Notes under the pieces: generated by a model
Database searches by the model: none
Seen by the model: only the letters and a program-made list of their open reading frames with translations
What the model was told of the DNA's origin: nothing
Translations under genes and position numbers: made by a program
In this document: piece after piece, positions 1 to 8,772 of the stretch
Layout: every line of letters starts with the position of its first letter
How positions within the stretch are numbered: the first letter of the stretch is position 1
Assembly (NCBI GenBank): GCA_965279515.1
Contig: CBDIID010000003.1
Location: 2,176,001-2,240,000 of the forward strand
From: Turneriella sp.
GTDB taxonomy: Bacteria; Spirochaetota; Leptospiria; Turneriellales; Turneriellaceae
DNA length: 64,000 nucleotides
Reading direction: 5' to 3'

Positions 1-1
1 C

Positions 2-625
2 CAGGCGATGGATTTCTACCGTGCTGGTATAATTTTCCCGAATCCACTGAATCGCCTGCTGTATGCCCGGCCCCTGACCATGCGCACGGCAGAGGCGCGC
101 CAGCCGCCAGCCCTGCGGCCCGATGAGTACACGGTACAGTATCTCGCGTTCGTAGACAGGCGCCAGCGCTGCAATGTGCTCAGGCGTCTTCAAGAGGCGC
201 AGCATGCGTAGCACAGCTTCGAGAAAATCTTCCGTTGCGTCGCAGGCAGAAAACGCAGTGGGATATCCCCCTTTGTGAAGGTCTTCAGGCAGATCGTTCA
301 GCAAACTTATCAGTGTATCTTGATTCAAATACAGCCCCACCGAAACATAGGGCAGACCGTTCGCGCCCTGGTGCACCCGGCCCGTCGCCGGCAATTCTGT
401 GGGAATGACAAAGTACGACGGCGCCCTGAGCTCGATGGTTGTGTCGCCGATCCACAGCGTCTTGCCGCCCTGCACCACGAGCCCGATCATCGGCTCATAG
501 AGCGCCGCGAGCTGCTGCTCTGGCACCTCGCCCTTGATGATCAGCACGCCGGGCAATGGCGTGGTGGTCGGCGTGGTCTGCGCCGCCATCGTCAGTTGAA
601 CTATTTCAGTCAGCTGATCTTGCAT
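2..625 (-). CDS. AraC-family transcriptional regulator (AraC_N/YqhC-like), truncated at the window edge
   Basis: Not in the ORF track; translated by hand from ATG at 625: MQDQLTEIVQ...LYEPMIGLVVQGGKTLWIGD...LAPVYEREILYRVLIGPQG...IQQAIQWIRENY. Divergent from an SDR gene. Confidence 0.88.
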   Translation of the reverse strand, partial: MQDQLTEIVQLTMAAQTTPTTTPLPGVLIIKGEVPEQQLAALYEPMIGLVVQGGKTLWIGDTTIELRAPSYFVIPTELPATGRVHQGANGLPYVSVGLYLNQDTLISLLNDLPEDLHKGGYPTAFSACDATEDFLEAVLRMLRLLKTPEHIAALAPVYEREILYRVLIGPQGWRLARLCRAHGQGPGIQQAIQWIRENYTSTVEIHRL

Positions 626-807
626 GGGCTCAAGATAGTCAAAATAGCATTTTTAGGCCTAAAATTAGTAAACTTCTTAATAAAAGGCCGATTCATTAAC
701 TATGCTAAGGTACTATTAGGCAATAAATCGACAGCATTGGATCTTGAAACTGGCCGCAAAATACCCTATACCTATGTCTCGACATTAAAAATTTAAAGGA
801 GAATTTT

Positions 808-1560
808 ATGAAAGTAGCAATTGTCACAGGTGGAAGTAACGGCATCGGTAAGAGCACGGCGCTCGAGCTGGGCCGGCGCGGCGTCGGCGTGATTCTGACG
901 TATCACTCGCACCCCAAGGGCGCCGACGATGTGGTGCGCCAGATCGAACAGCTCGGTGCACGTGCCGTGGGATTAAAACTCGATCTCAGCCAGCGCTCGA
1001 CGTTTGCCGATTTTACCGAACAGGTGAAAAAACATCTCGCTGAAATCTGGCGGAAGGACACCTTCGACTACCTGGTAAATAACGGCGGCATCGGTGGTGG
1101 CATGATATTCAGCGCGATGACCGAAGAGTATTTCGATGCGATCCTCAACACGAATTTCAAAGGGCCGGTTTTCCTGACGCAGCAGTTATTGCCGCTCATG
1201 GCAGACGGCGGGCGCATTGTGAACACCTCGAGCAACTCGAAGTCGATCACACCACCGGGGTATTCGATCTATGGCTCGCTGAAAGCGGCGCTGTCAACCT
1301 GGACGCGTTACCTCGCCAAAGAACTCGCTCCGCGGCAGTTTCGTGTCAATGCTGTGTCTCCCGGGCCTGTGCGCAGCAACTTCGGCGACGGTGTGTTCGA
1401 TAAACATCCCGAATATATCCAACCGCTCGCCGACCAGACGGCGCTGGGCCGCATCGCCGAGCCCGAAGATGTCGGTCGGGTGATCGCCAACCTGCTGTCC
1501 GACGATTTCGGCTGGGTAACCGCACAGGACATCGAAGTTTCGGGTGGCTTCATGCTTTAG
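808..1560 (+). CDS. SDR family NAD(P)-dependent oxidoreductase
   Basis: TGGSNGIG, NNGG, YGSLK (YxxxK), VNAVSPG; RBS AAAGGAG. Confidence 0.95.
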   Translation: MKVAIVTGGSNGIGKSTALELGRRGVGVILTYHSHPKGADDVVRQIEQLGARAVGLKLDLSQRSTFADFTEQVKKHLAEIWRKDTFDYLVNNGGIGGGMIFSAMTEEYFDAILNTNFKGPVFLTQQLLPLMADGGRIVNTSSNSKSITPPGYSIYGSLKAALSTWTRYLAKELAPRQFRVNAVSPGPVRSNFGDGVFDKHPEYIQPLADQTALGRIAEPEDVGRVIANLLSDDFGWVTAQDIEVSGGFML

Positions 1561-1596
1561 TTGTTGTTCGTGTATAGCGACGGGATTTCTGCGCCA

Positions 1597-1959
1597 ATGA
1601 AATTGGTCTCCAGGATCCTGTCGTTATGCCTGTTACTCAGTGTTCTACCGGCAATTCACGCAGAATGGCGCAACTGCCCTTTCGGCGAGCACGAGGCTGA
1701 AGAGGTTTTCAATGTATTTTTCGAATATTTCAAAAAAGTCGATCCCGGCGATCAAAAGCTCATCGACCCGAAAGGTTGCAAAATCGACGTCGATTGCAGT
1801 GCAAAAGGTGATGCGATCCATGCCCGCTTCAAAGCGGAATGTATAGTGTTAACATATAAACCCAAAGCAAAAAACCACATGAAACCCAATGGCGAAAAGT
1901 TTAAGCTACAAAAAACCGTGGTCTCCGGGAAAAACAGCGACCCTTACCTGAAAGAATGA
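1597..1959 (+). CDS. Small secreted Cys-containing hypothetical protein
   Basis: Signal peptide MKLVSRILSLCLLLSVLPAIHA; 4 Cys in the mature part. Confidence 0.65.
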   Translation: MKLVSRILSLCLLLSVLPAIHAEWRNCPFGEHEAEEVFNVFFEYFKKVDPGDQKLIDPKGCKIDVDCSAKGDAIHARFKAECIVLTYKPKAKNHMKPNGEKFKLQKTVVSGKNSDPYLKE

Positions 1960-1960
1960 A

Positions 1961-2326
1961 TCACGTCCCGTCGTCAAACTTCACGACGGTGGCTTTCAGA
2001 TGCAGTATATGGATGGTCCCCAACAGCCAGTACTCTTTTTCAAGAAACCAACTCACTTGTATGATGTCGTCGCCCTGCTTCGCCTGAACGAGTTCGCGCC
2101 GCGCGCGCTCAAAATCAGGGGCTCCGGTGACATTGGCGCTCCACAATAAATTGAAGTTACTGACCCGCGTTTCGGCCTCACCCAGAATTTTGTACGGTCT
2201 GCTGATTGCCGTCAGCGAAGGCACGATGCCACCTGGCGAGGTCTTGCGCAGGCCGACGTGATTGCCCGAACATGACATTATTAGGAAAAACAAAGAGAGA
2301 ATAAATACGCGCAGCAGCAGTTTCAC
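1961..2326 (-). CDS. Small lipoprotein, TRL-like family
   Basis: Lipobox LIMSC; YKILGEAE...GDDIIQVSW pattern; 4-nt overlap with its paralog. Confidence 0.7.
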   Translation of the reverse strand: MKLLLRVFILSLFFLIMSCSGNHVGLRKTSPGGIVPSLTAISRPYKILGEAETRVSNFNLLWSANVTGAPDFERARRELVQAKQGDDIIQVSWFLEKEYWLLGTIHILHLKATVVKFDDGT

Positions 2327-2691
2327 TTTCTCTTTTTAACCTCGGTTTCCCCTCTCGGCCTGATTTTCACCGCAGTCCCTGAAAGATAAAGTTTATCCCA
2401 GGTGGCGAATAACAGGCAGGCATCTTTTTTATACCAGCGGATATCAATCAGGGCATCCCCCTGGGAACTATCCAGCGCCATTTTGATGGCTTCGTCAAAA
2501 TCAGGATGCCCGAAAGAGAACAGGCAGAGCGGCGAAAAACTCCATGCGCTCGAAGTGCCTTCGGCGGGGCCAAGGGTTTTCGAGATTTGTTCCTGTGTGA
2601 CAGGCACGTTAGAGGGGGCCATCCCCATCGGCGTGACGCATGCAACAAGTGTTGCCGCCAGCAAAATCATGATTACCGGAACTTTTTTCAT
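2323..2691 (-). CDS. Small lipoprotein, TRL-like family
   Basis: Lipobox LVAC; LGPAEG...AIKMAL...GDALIDIRW...LSGTAVK pattern. Confidence 0.7.
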   Translation of the reverse strand: MKKVPVIMILLAATLVACVTPMGMAPSNVPVTQEQISKTLGPAEGTSSAWSFSPLCLFSFGHPDFDEAIKMALDSSQGDALIDIRWYKKDACLLFATWDKLYLSGTAVKIRPRGETEVKKRK

Positions 2692-2697
2692 ATTACC

Positions 2698-5124
2698 TCA
2701 GAATTTTATCTCCACACCGAAATTAGGAATGAATGGCGCCGAGTTAATCGGCCGCTGCACCTCGGGATTACCAGCGCCATAGGGCTGGTTGTAATACCAG
2801 CGCTGCTGCGTCTTTGGATGGTAGAACATCGCCGTCATGTTGAGAATCTCAAAATAGAACGACGCCTCACCCCAGTGGTGACGGTTACGGTAAGTATAAC
2901 GCATATTGAGCAGCAAAAACGGGTCGAAAGTTGCGGTGTTGGGTATGGTATTATTTTTGGGTGCATACCTACCCGTGCCCTTTGGGTCACCGTCATCACC
3001 AACTATGGTTGTGTAGGGAGCGGATGAAACGGCTTCAAAGCGCCAGCTGAGCGTGTGGTTATTGTGGCGGTAACCGCCGACGAGCTTGAAATTATGGTAC
3101 TGCTGGTATTGCGAACTGATCTCCGTATTCGCATATGGTTGATTGGGTACTCCCGTCAGCAATTTGGCATTGGTGTAAGTATAGTTGATCCAGCCAAAAA
3201 AACCCTGCCCGTTATCGCTGTCGGCTTTTTTGAGCGTGATCTCGAAACCAAAATTCTTCGACTTGCCTGAGTTGATGCGTGTGAGCTGCGTACCATCCGC
3301 CGAAATATTTGCAGCGTCCGTGTACGAATTCGCCTGGTTGAAGAAATAATTATAAAAAAATTCTGACTTGATGCTGAACCCTGAAAAAGCCTGTTCGAAA
3401 CCCGCTGCGCCATGCCATGCCTTTTCGGCGGTATATTCCTTCGCCACGCTTACCGTCGGGTCCGACTGGAAATAGTTCGGGTTTGTCTGCACAAATTGGC
3501 TGTATTGCCCGCCCGCAACAGAGATCTTTGTCGCCGACTCAAATTCATACGACAGAAGCCCGCGCGGATCGACGGTGGTTTCGCGGTTGCGGTCGAGATA
3601 GTTCGCCCTCACCCCCGGTAAAAATGTCAGCCCACCGACGACGAGTTTGTTTTCGATATGCCCTGCGACGACACGGTTCGAGCCGGCGTTTGAATAGGGC
3701 ACAATGCGGTACGAAGTCGGGTCGTCGAAATCGATGCGTGCCGGCGCCGGGTTGTTGTTCAGGATCTGTTGCCCCGTATTGCTGAAATCAAAATAACGGA
3801 ACTCGGCCCCCGCCTGCAGGAATGTCTGCGTATTCAGCCAGTAGAATTTCGCGGTATCCTGGATGCCAAACACATTCGGCAAGGCATCGCGCCGCACCGT
3901 TATATTGACGTTATATGCCGAGTTGTTGCGGTTATCAAAGATACTCTGCTTCGTCAGCGATGAGAAACCCATCAGCGTATTCGAAAATTTTTTCGGAACG
4001 ATATAGTCGTGATAGAGTCCCTGGCTATGCGCCATAATTTCCAGATTCGTCGAGCGCGCGAATGTCAACGGATCGGCGCCGGCCTGGTCGGCAGCGCGCG
4101 CCGCAGCCGCTTCGGGCGAGGTGTTTAATACCAGGGTATCGCGGCTGCCAAAGACGAGCACGCGCAGGGAATGGTGTTGATTCAAATCATACTTCGCCTT
4201 CGCCTGGTAATCCCAATAGCGGGGCAAGGCATCAATGGTGGTATTTTGGATTTTCTCAAGTACCGGCAAGAACAGATCGATATAACTTTTTCTACCGCCG
4301 ATCATCCAGTACCCCGCGTTCTGCTTCTCTTTCGTGCCGGGCGCCGAAAAATTGATCGGTACTTTAATGATGGCGTTACCCGAAATGGCATTCACATCCA
4401 CAATCGTACCGAATTCTTTTACTGCATCGATGGTGTTGAAGCTGATCACCCCGCCACTGGCAAAGCCGAAGTGTGCCGGATACGATGATGAGTATAAATC
4501 TACCGACTTCAACAGCTCCACCGGCACCACGGCATGGAATCCGCCAAAATGCTGTGCATTGAGAATCGGTATGTCGTCGATCAGGTAGAGGTTGAGGTTG
4601 GGGTTCGCGCCGCGGATCACAAGCGTGCCAAAGAGACCGCCTGTACCGCCGCCGCCTGTCGTGCTCACCCCCGGCAAGGTGCGTAGCGATTGAATCGGAT
4701 CGTTGAAGCCGCCGGCAATATCCTTGATGTTCTCGCGCGTCAGGGTATTGCGCGAAAGGGTCTGGATATCACGATCACCGTATAGCCTGACCTTGCCGGC
4801 GCGGACGGTAGGCAATTCCATGAAGTAGTTTTTAACCGTATTCTTATCGATCTTTTCCGTCACAACAAGATCGGCGCGGCCGGCGACTTTGAAGACAATC
4901 GTGTACGTACCGGGCTTCTCGACCGGTAAAATAAAAGTGCCCTGCTCTGAAAGCCGCGCCTTAAATTTCAGTTCGCGTATGACAACGGTACCACCTTCGA
5001 CCGCTTCTTTACTCCCGAGATCACGAACAGTGCCGGAAAAGAGCAAGGGCGCGGCGTTGATACCTGCGGTTGCGACGAGCAGAGCGGGTAAGAAAATTCT
5101 AATAAGACTTCCGCTGCGAGACAT
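2698..5124 (-). CDS. TonB-dependent receptor with N-terminal carboxypeptidase-regulatory-like domain
   Basis: Signal peptide; plug DPIQSLRTLPGV...LVIRGA...NLYLIDDIP; C-terminal NFGVEIKF. Confidence 0.92.
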   Translation of the reverse strand: MSRSGSLIRIFLPALLVATAGINAAPLLFSGTVRDLGSKEAVEGGTVVIRELKFKARLSEQGTFILPVEKPGTYTIVFKVAGRADLVVTEKIDKNTVKNYFMELPTVRAGKVRLYGDRDIQTLSRNTLTRENIKDIAGGFNDPIQSLRTLPGVSTTGGGGTGGLFGTLVIRGANPNLNLYLIDDIPILNAQHFGGFHAVVPVELLKSVDLYSSSYPAHFGFASGGVISFNTIDAVKEFGTIVDVNAISGNAIIKVPINFSAPGTKEKQNAGYWMIGGRKSYIDLFLPVLEKIQNTTIDALPRYWDYQAKAKYDLNQHHSLRVLVFGSRDTLVLNTSPEAAAARAADQAGADPLTFARSTNLEIMAHSQGLYHDYIVPKKFSNTLMGFSSLTKQSIFDNRNNSAYNVNITVRRDALPNVFGIQDTAKFYWLNTQTFLQAGAEFRYFDFSNTGQQILNNNPAPARIDFDDPTSYRIVPYSNAGSNRVVAGHIENKLVVGGLTFLPGVRANYLDRNRETTVDPRGLLSYEFESATKISVAGGQYSQFVQTNPNYFQSDPTVSVAKEYTAEKAWHGAAGFEQAFSGFSIKSEFFYNYFFNQANSYTDAANISADGTQLTRINSGKSKNFGFEITLKKADSDNGQGFFGWINYTYTNAKLLTGVPNQPYANTEISSQYQQYHNFKLVGGYRHNNHTLSWRFEAVSSAPYTTIVGDDGDPKGTGRYAPKNNTIPNTATFDPFLLLNMRYTYRNRHHWGEASFYFEILNMTAMFYHPKTQQRWYYNQPYGAGNPEVQRPINSAPFIPNFGVEIKF

Positions 5125-5176
5125 CGTCTGTGTGCATTAGGGAAAAGACCCCGGCTGCGTCGATTTGGTTCCTGAA

Positions 5177-6073
5177 TCAAGATTTGGCAGTAAAGATGCG
5201 CGCCATCATCTTGTCGGCGTCGTCGGCGAATTTCTCTGTGGGTGTGTCTCCAACGGTGTCGACGACCCATGCAGCTCCGTCGCCATCGAGGTAAAAAATG
5301 TAATCGTTCGGCGCATAGGCGACCGGAACCCAGCTGGCATCATCACCGCGCGGATCTTTATGTGCGCCGCTCTTGAGACAGGCATAGGCGCCGAACAGCC
5401 AGTCATACCCTTCTTCGCCGGGGGCATCCGCCGCAACGAGGCCGCCATAACGCTGATCAAAAACCAGCACCGCTCCATGCAACGCGTACTTTCGATCGCT
5501 GAGCAGGGCGCGGAGTTTTTCATCATCGCCGCGCTGCTTCAAATCGAATGTGGGTTTGAGCTTTGCAAGGCGCTTATTCGCTTCAGCGCCGATGAATGCC
5601 GTTAAATTTGTGGAAATCGGTTTTGCCGCTTTTTTAGCCGGTGACCTCTTGATTTTGCCCGCGTTCGCCATCGCTGCGGCACGGATCACTTCGAATTGCT
5701 CACGGTCTTTTACGCCGGCGACATTCAAACTCGAAAGCATATAAACCGCGGCGTCCATTACCGTCGCGCCGCCCTCTTGCCAGCCGCGGTCTTTTTTTGC
5801 GAGCCAGGCAAGATTACCGGCCGCGGTACGTGCCCACGATACCGCGCGGTCTTTTTCACGCTGCGCAAACGGAACGCCATCTTCAAAACTCAGGTTCGCT
5901 GCCGCCTGCAATGCTTCAGGCTCGACTTCCTCTCCGGCGAGCCAGCGCTCGACCAGAGCAAACGCGGCCTGAGTGGCCGACGGTATTACCTTCCCTAAAC
6001 CTGTAAAATCGGCAAAGGCACTGCGCACGACTGCCGCATAACCGACAACTTCGAGAGCGTGATCCTTTTTCAT
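5177..6073 (-). CDS. Hypothetical protein; putative Imm5-like helical domain plus SUKH-like C-terminal domain
   Basis: Start taken at MKKDHALE because the upstream extension overlaps a divergent ORF; ALVERWLAGE helix; FDQRYGGL...VPVAY...YIFYLDGDGAAW. Confidence 0.5.
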   Translation of the reverse strand: MKKDHALEVVGYAAVVRSAFADFTGLGKVIPSATQAAFALVERWLAGEEVEPEALQAAANLSFEDGVPFAQREKDRAVSWARTAAGNLAWLAKKDRGWQEGGATVMDAAVYMLSSLNVAGVKDREQFEVIRAAAMANAGKIKRSPAKKAAKPISTNLTAFIGAEANKRLAKLKPTFDLKQRGDDEKLRALLSDRKYALHGAVLVFDQRYGGLVAADAPGEEGYDWLFGAYACLKSGAHKDPRGDDASWVPVAYAPNDYIFYLDGDGAAWVVDTVGDTPTEKFADDADKMMARIFTAKS

Positions 6074-6110
6074 TGAACATATGGCGACGGCACCGGAAAG
6101 GGTGTAAACC

Positions 6111-6917
6111 GTGATTCCTCTTTCTGACTGCATTAGGATCTCCCAGGAACTGGCGCAGGCGTTCGGGGTTGAAACATTTACCGTACTCGAAGAAGGCGCA
6201 TATCCCGCGTGTGCGGTCAGCGTCGGCGGTTCACATTTGCTGTTAGTCAGGCATTTTGGTTCTTCGTTCGGAATTTCTTTGCCGACGGATACAAGTTTTT
6301 CGTTTCGTAATACAGCCGATTTCAAAAATGCCATGCCTGAAATTATTCGGGCAACGAACGCATACCGCGGGAAAAATCCAGAGGTTGTCACCATGGCAGA
6401 TGTGGCAATCTGTCTGAAGCCGGTAATCCTCACACTCACCTCACCATGGCGCTGCGATTTCCCCGGAACGCCAGTGCCTTCCGAAGCCTGGCTCAAGAGC
6501 GGCGCTTACGCAATCGGCCTTTTTCAGGAAGGCGCAGCGGTGCAGATTTTTGTCTGGGTCGGTTCAGAACCGGAGACTTTCCATGCCGGCTCGGCGAAAA
6601 TTCTAACCGACCTAAGTACATGGATTTTACCACAGCTACGGGCACAGGCGCACAGGGCGGTTGAAATTGCCGCAGAAGAAAAAGCCGCGGCAGCCATAGA
6701 GCCGCCGACTCTCGCAGAAGCTATGGCGGCCCTGCAACAGGGCAAGCGTATACAGCTGGGTGTGGGCCGCTGGTATAAAACCTATTTTTTAAGCGAAGGA
6801 AAACTCCGCTGCGAAGTTTTCGACGAAGGCGCTTACGATGAATACGCTGCCACGGCAGAAGAATTCACAGACTCGCTAAAGGCAAACGCCCAACAGGCGC
6901 GCGCGCAGTTACAATGA
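6111..6917 (+). CDS. Hypothetical protein
   Basis: 268-aa ORF filling the gap between neighbours; no recognisable motif. Confidence 0.6.
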   Translation: MIPLSDCIRISQELAQAFGVETFTVLEEGAYPACAVSVGGSHLLLVRHFGSSFGISLPTDTSFSFRNTADFKNAMPEIIRATNAYRGKNPEVVTMADVAICLKPVILTLTSPWRCDFPGTPVPSEAWLKSGAYAIGLFQEGAAVQIFVWVGSEPETFHAGSAKILTDLSTWILPQLRAQAHRAVEIAAEEKAAAAIEPPTLAEAMAALQQGKRIQLGVGRWYKTYFLSEGKLRCEVFDEGAYDEYAATAEEFTDSLKANAQQARAQLQ

Positions 6918-8012
6918 ATTCGAAATAGTTTCCATCATGCGCAGCCAGGCATCCCTGCGCAGGTTACCTTCCGATTTTCCCAAACGCAAAACAACGACCT
7001 GCGTACGCGGATTGACCAGGGTATACTGGCCTAAATGGCCGATGGCAAAATACGTTCCGTTATTTTCGCGCGGCAGCCACCACTGGTATCTGTACCTGAG
7101 CTCGCCGGCGTTCAATGCCTTTGCCTGGTTGCGTGATTCTTTGAGCCACGCCACGGGAACGACCTGGTTACCCCGCCAGTTCTTGCCATCGATGCTCAGC
7201 GCGCCGAGCTTAATGAAATCGCGGGCGGTTGCTGTGAGGCAGCAATAGACTTTCTCTATGCCATTATCATTATCGACGGACCACGAGCCGGCATACTCTG
7301 CGCCCATTTTTTCCCAGATGCTGCGGCGGAAATACTCCGTGATCGTTTCTTTTTTTAACCTGCGCCGCAAGGCCACACCCAAAAGTGCAGTGTCGGCGCT
7401 CTTGTAATTGAAGCCGGCCCCCGGAACACCGGTGACTTTTTGCGTCAATGCCCTTTGCTCCAGATCTTTGTCATAATAGTACCAGGGCGCATCGCCACCG
7501 ATGGGGTTATCCGAATCGCTGTAGTCCGAACCAGAAGTCATATTCAGAAGATTTTCCAACGTGACGCGGTCGTACCCACGCCCCACAAGTTCCGGGATGT
7601 AATTCGCTACCGGATCGTTCACGCCGGAAATCCATCCCTCTTCGAGCGCGCGGCCAAACAGCATCGAAAAGTAAGACTTGCTCATGGAAAATGCCAGCGA
7701 GATGGTATTTTCGGCTGCACCGTTCAGGTATTTTTCATAGACAAGCTTTTGATTTTTCAACACCAGAAAGGCCGTGGTGTTATTTTCAGACAACAGTTGT
7801 TCAAACGTCTGGAATTTTGCAGCAAAGCCGGCGGGAACTTCGGGTGCGAAGGCATTCTCACTGCCGAGTTTCCACGGCTGCGCTGCAGCCGGCAAAGGCC
7901 GTGAAGGAAAAATCTTCCAGTCATCGATCGTGGAAAAATTATGATAGACGATGCGCGAAAACGTACAGGCGCCAGGAAAAATCAGAAGCGCCCAAAGCGG
8001 TAACCGCAGCAC
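6909..8012 (-). CDS. Serine hydrolase, beta-lactamase-related (class C/NylB-like), probable lipoprotein
   Basis: FSMSKS (SxxK), LLNMTSG, FNYKS, GHLGQ; start at GTG 8012 is uncertain. Confidence 0.9.
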   Translation of the reverse strand: MLRLPLWALLIFPGACTFSRIVYHNFSTIDDWKIFPSRPLPAAAQPWKLGSENAFAPEVPAGFAAKFQTFEQLLSENNTTAFLVLKNQKLVYEKYLNGAAENTISLAFSMSKSYFSMLFGRALEEGWISGVNDPVANYIPELVGRGYDRVTLENLLNMTSGSDYSDSDNPIGGDAPWYYYDKDLEQRALTQKVTGVPGAGFNYKSADTALLGVALRRRLKKETITEYFRRSIWEKMGAEYAGSWSVDNDNGIEKVYCCLTATARDFIKLGALSIDGKNWRGNQVVPVAWLKESRNQAKALNAGELRYRYQWWLPRENNGTYFAIGHLGQYTLVNPRTQVVVLRLGKSEGNLRRDAWLRMMETISNSL

Positions 8013-8109
8013 AAAGCAGCGAAGCCATAACCCTACCTCGGTCAAGCAATTATGCAGGTTTGTAACGGCTTTACAGAAGAGCTTGCAGAGCCAAACCGTC
8101 AAATGTCGG

Positions 8110-8772
8110 ATGAGCTATCTCTGGCACTACAAGCGACTTCTCAACACCGAGCTCGAACACGGCCAGCGGCTCACGGCCCTCTATTCCTGCCTTACCCGCC
8201 TCAGCCAGGTCGAAGGCAAACCGCGCTCTGAAATCGCCGCGGCGCTGCTTGAGGGTATAGCCGAAAGCCGGCAGGCCGTGCAAAAAGAAGATCTGCCGCA
8301 GCTCGCGGCGCGGCTCTTCCATTACCGCAACACATTGCTCAAGGGCAGAATCACCGACGCGAACCGCAACCGACAGGCAAAGATCGATAAGAAAAATTTG
8401 CAGCGCCAGATCAATGAAACCTTGAATACAGTCCAGGACCGCCGAGTCGGCTTCTTCAAAGAATTGCCGTATGGACGCTCCGACGAATCGATTGAAGATT
8501 GGTTGCTGCCCAAAAACAGGGAACCTTCGCATGACAGGGAAACACTGCTTGCATACCTAAGAACCGGTGAACCGCGTTCCGTAGCCGCCGGCATTGAAAC
8601 CGACGTTCTTGCGAAAGAGAAGAAGATCATTGGCCCGATGCGTATTCTCAGCGACGGCAACTGGCAGTGGCCGGCATCACTCACCTATTACGTGGAGAAC
8701 TATAATTTGCAAATACCGCAAGAATTCGTCAGCTATGTGGAAGCGCAAACACGCCTGAGGCAGCTCGGCTGA
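8110..8772 (+). CDS. Hypothetical protein with a conserved-looking C-terminal domain
   Basis: MSYLWHY start; C-terminal LLAYLRTG...SDGNWQWPASLTYYVENYNLQIPQEF. Confidence 0.65.
   Translation: MSYLWHYKRLLNTELEHGQRLTALYSCLTRLSQVEGKPRSEIAAALLEGIAESRQAVQKEDLPQLAARLFHYRNTLLKGRITDANRNRQAKIDKKNLQRQINETLNTVQDRRVGFFKELPYGRSDESIEDWLLPKNREPSHDRETLLAYLRTGEPRSVAAGIETDVLAKEKKIIGPMRILSDGNWQWPASLTYYVENYNLQIPQEFVSYVEAQTRLRQLG

Noticed and set aside
275..796. 173-aa plus-strand ORF
   Set aside because: Antisense shadow of the minus-strand AraC gene
6074..6496. N-terminal extension of the 5177..6496 ORF
   Set aside because: Overlaps the divergent 6111 ORF; ATG at 6073 is more plausible
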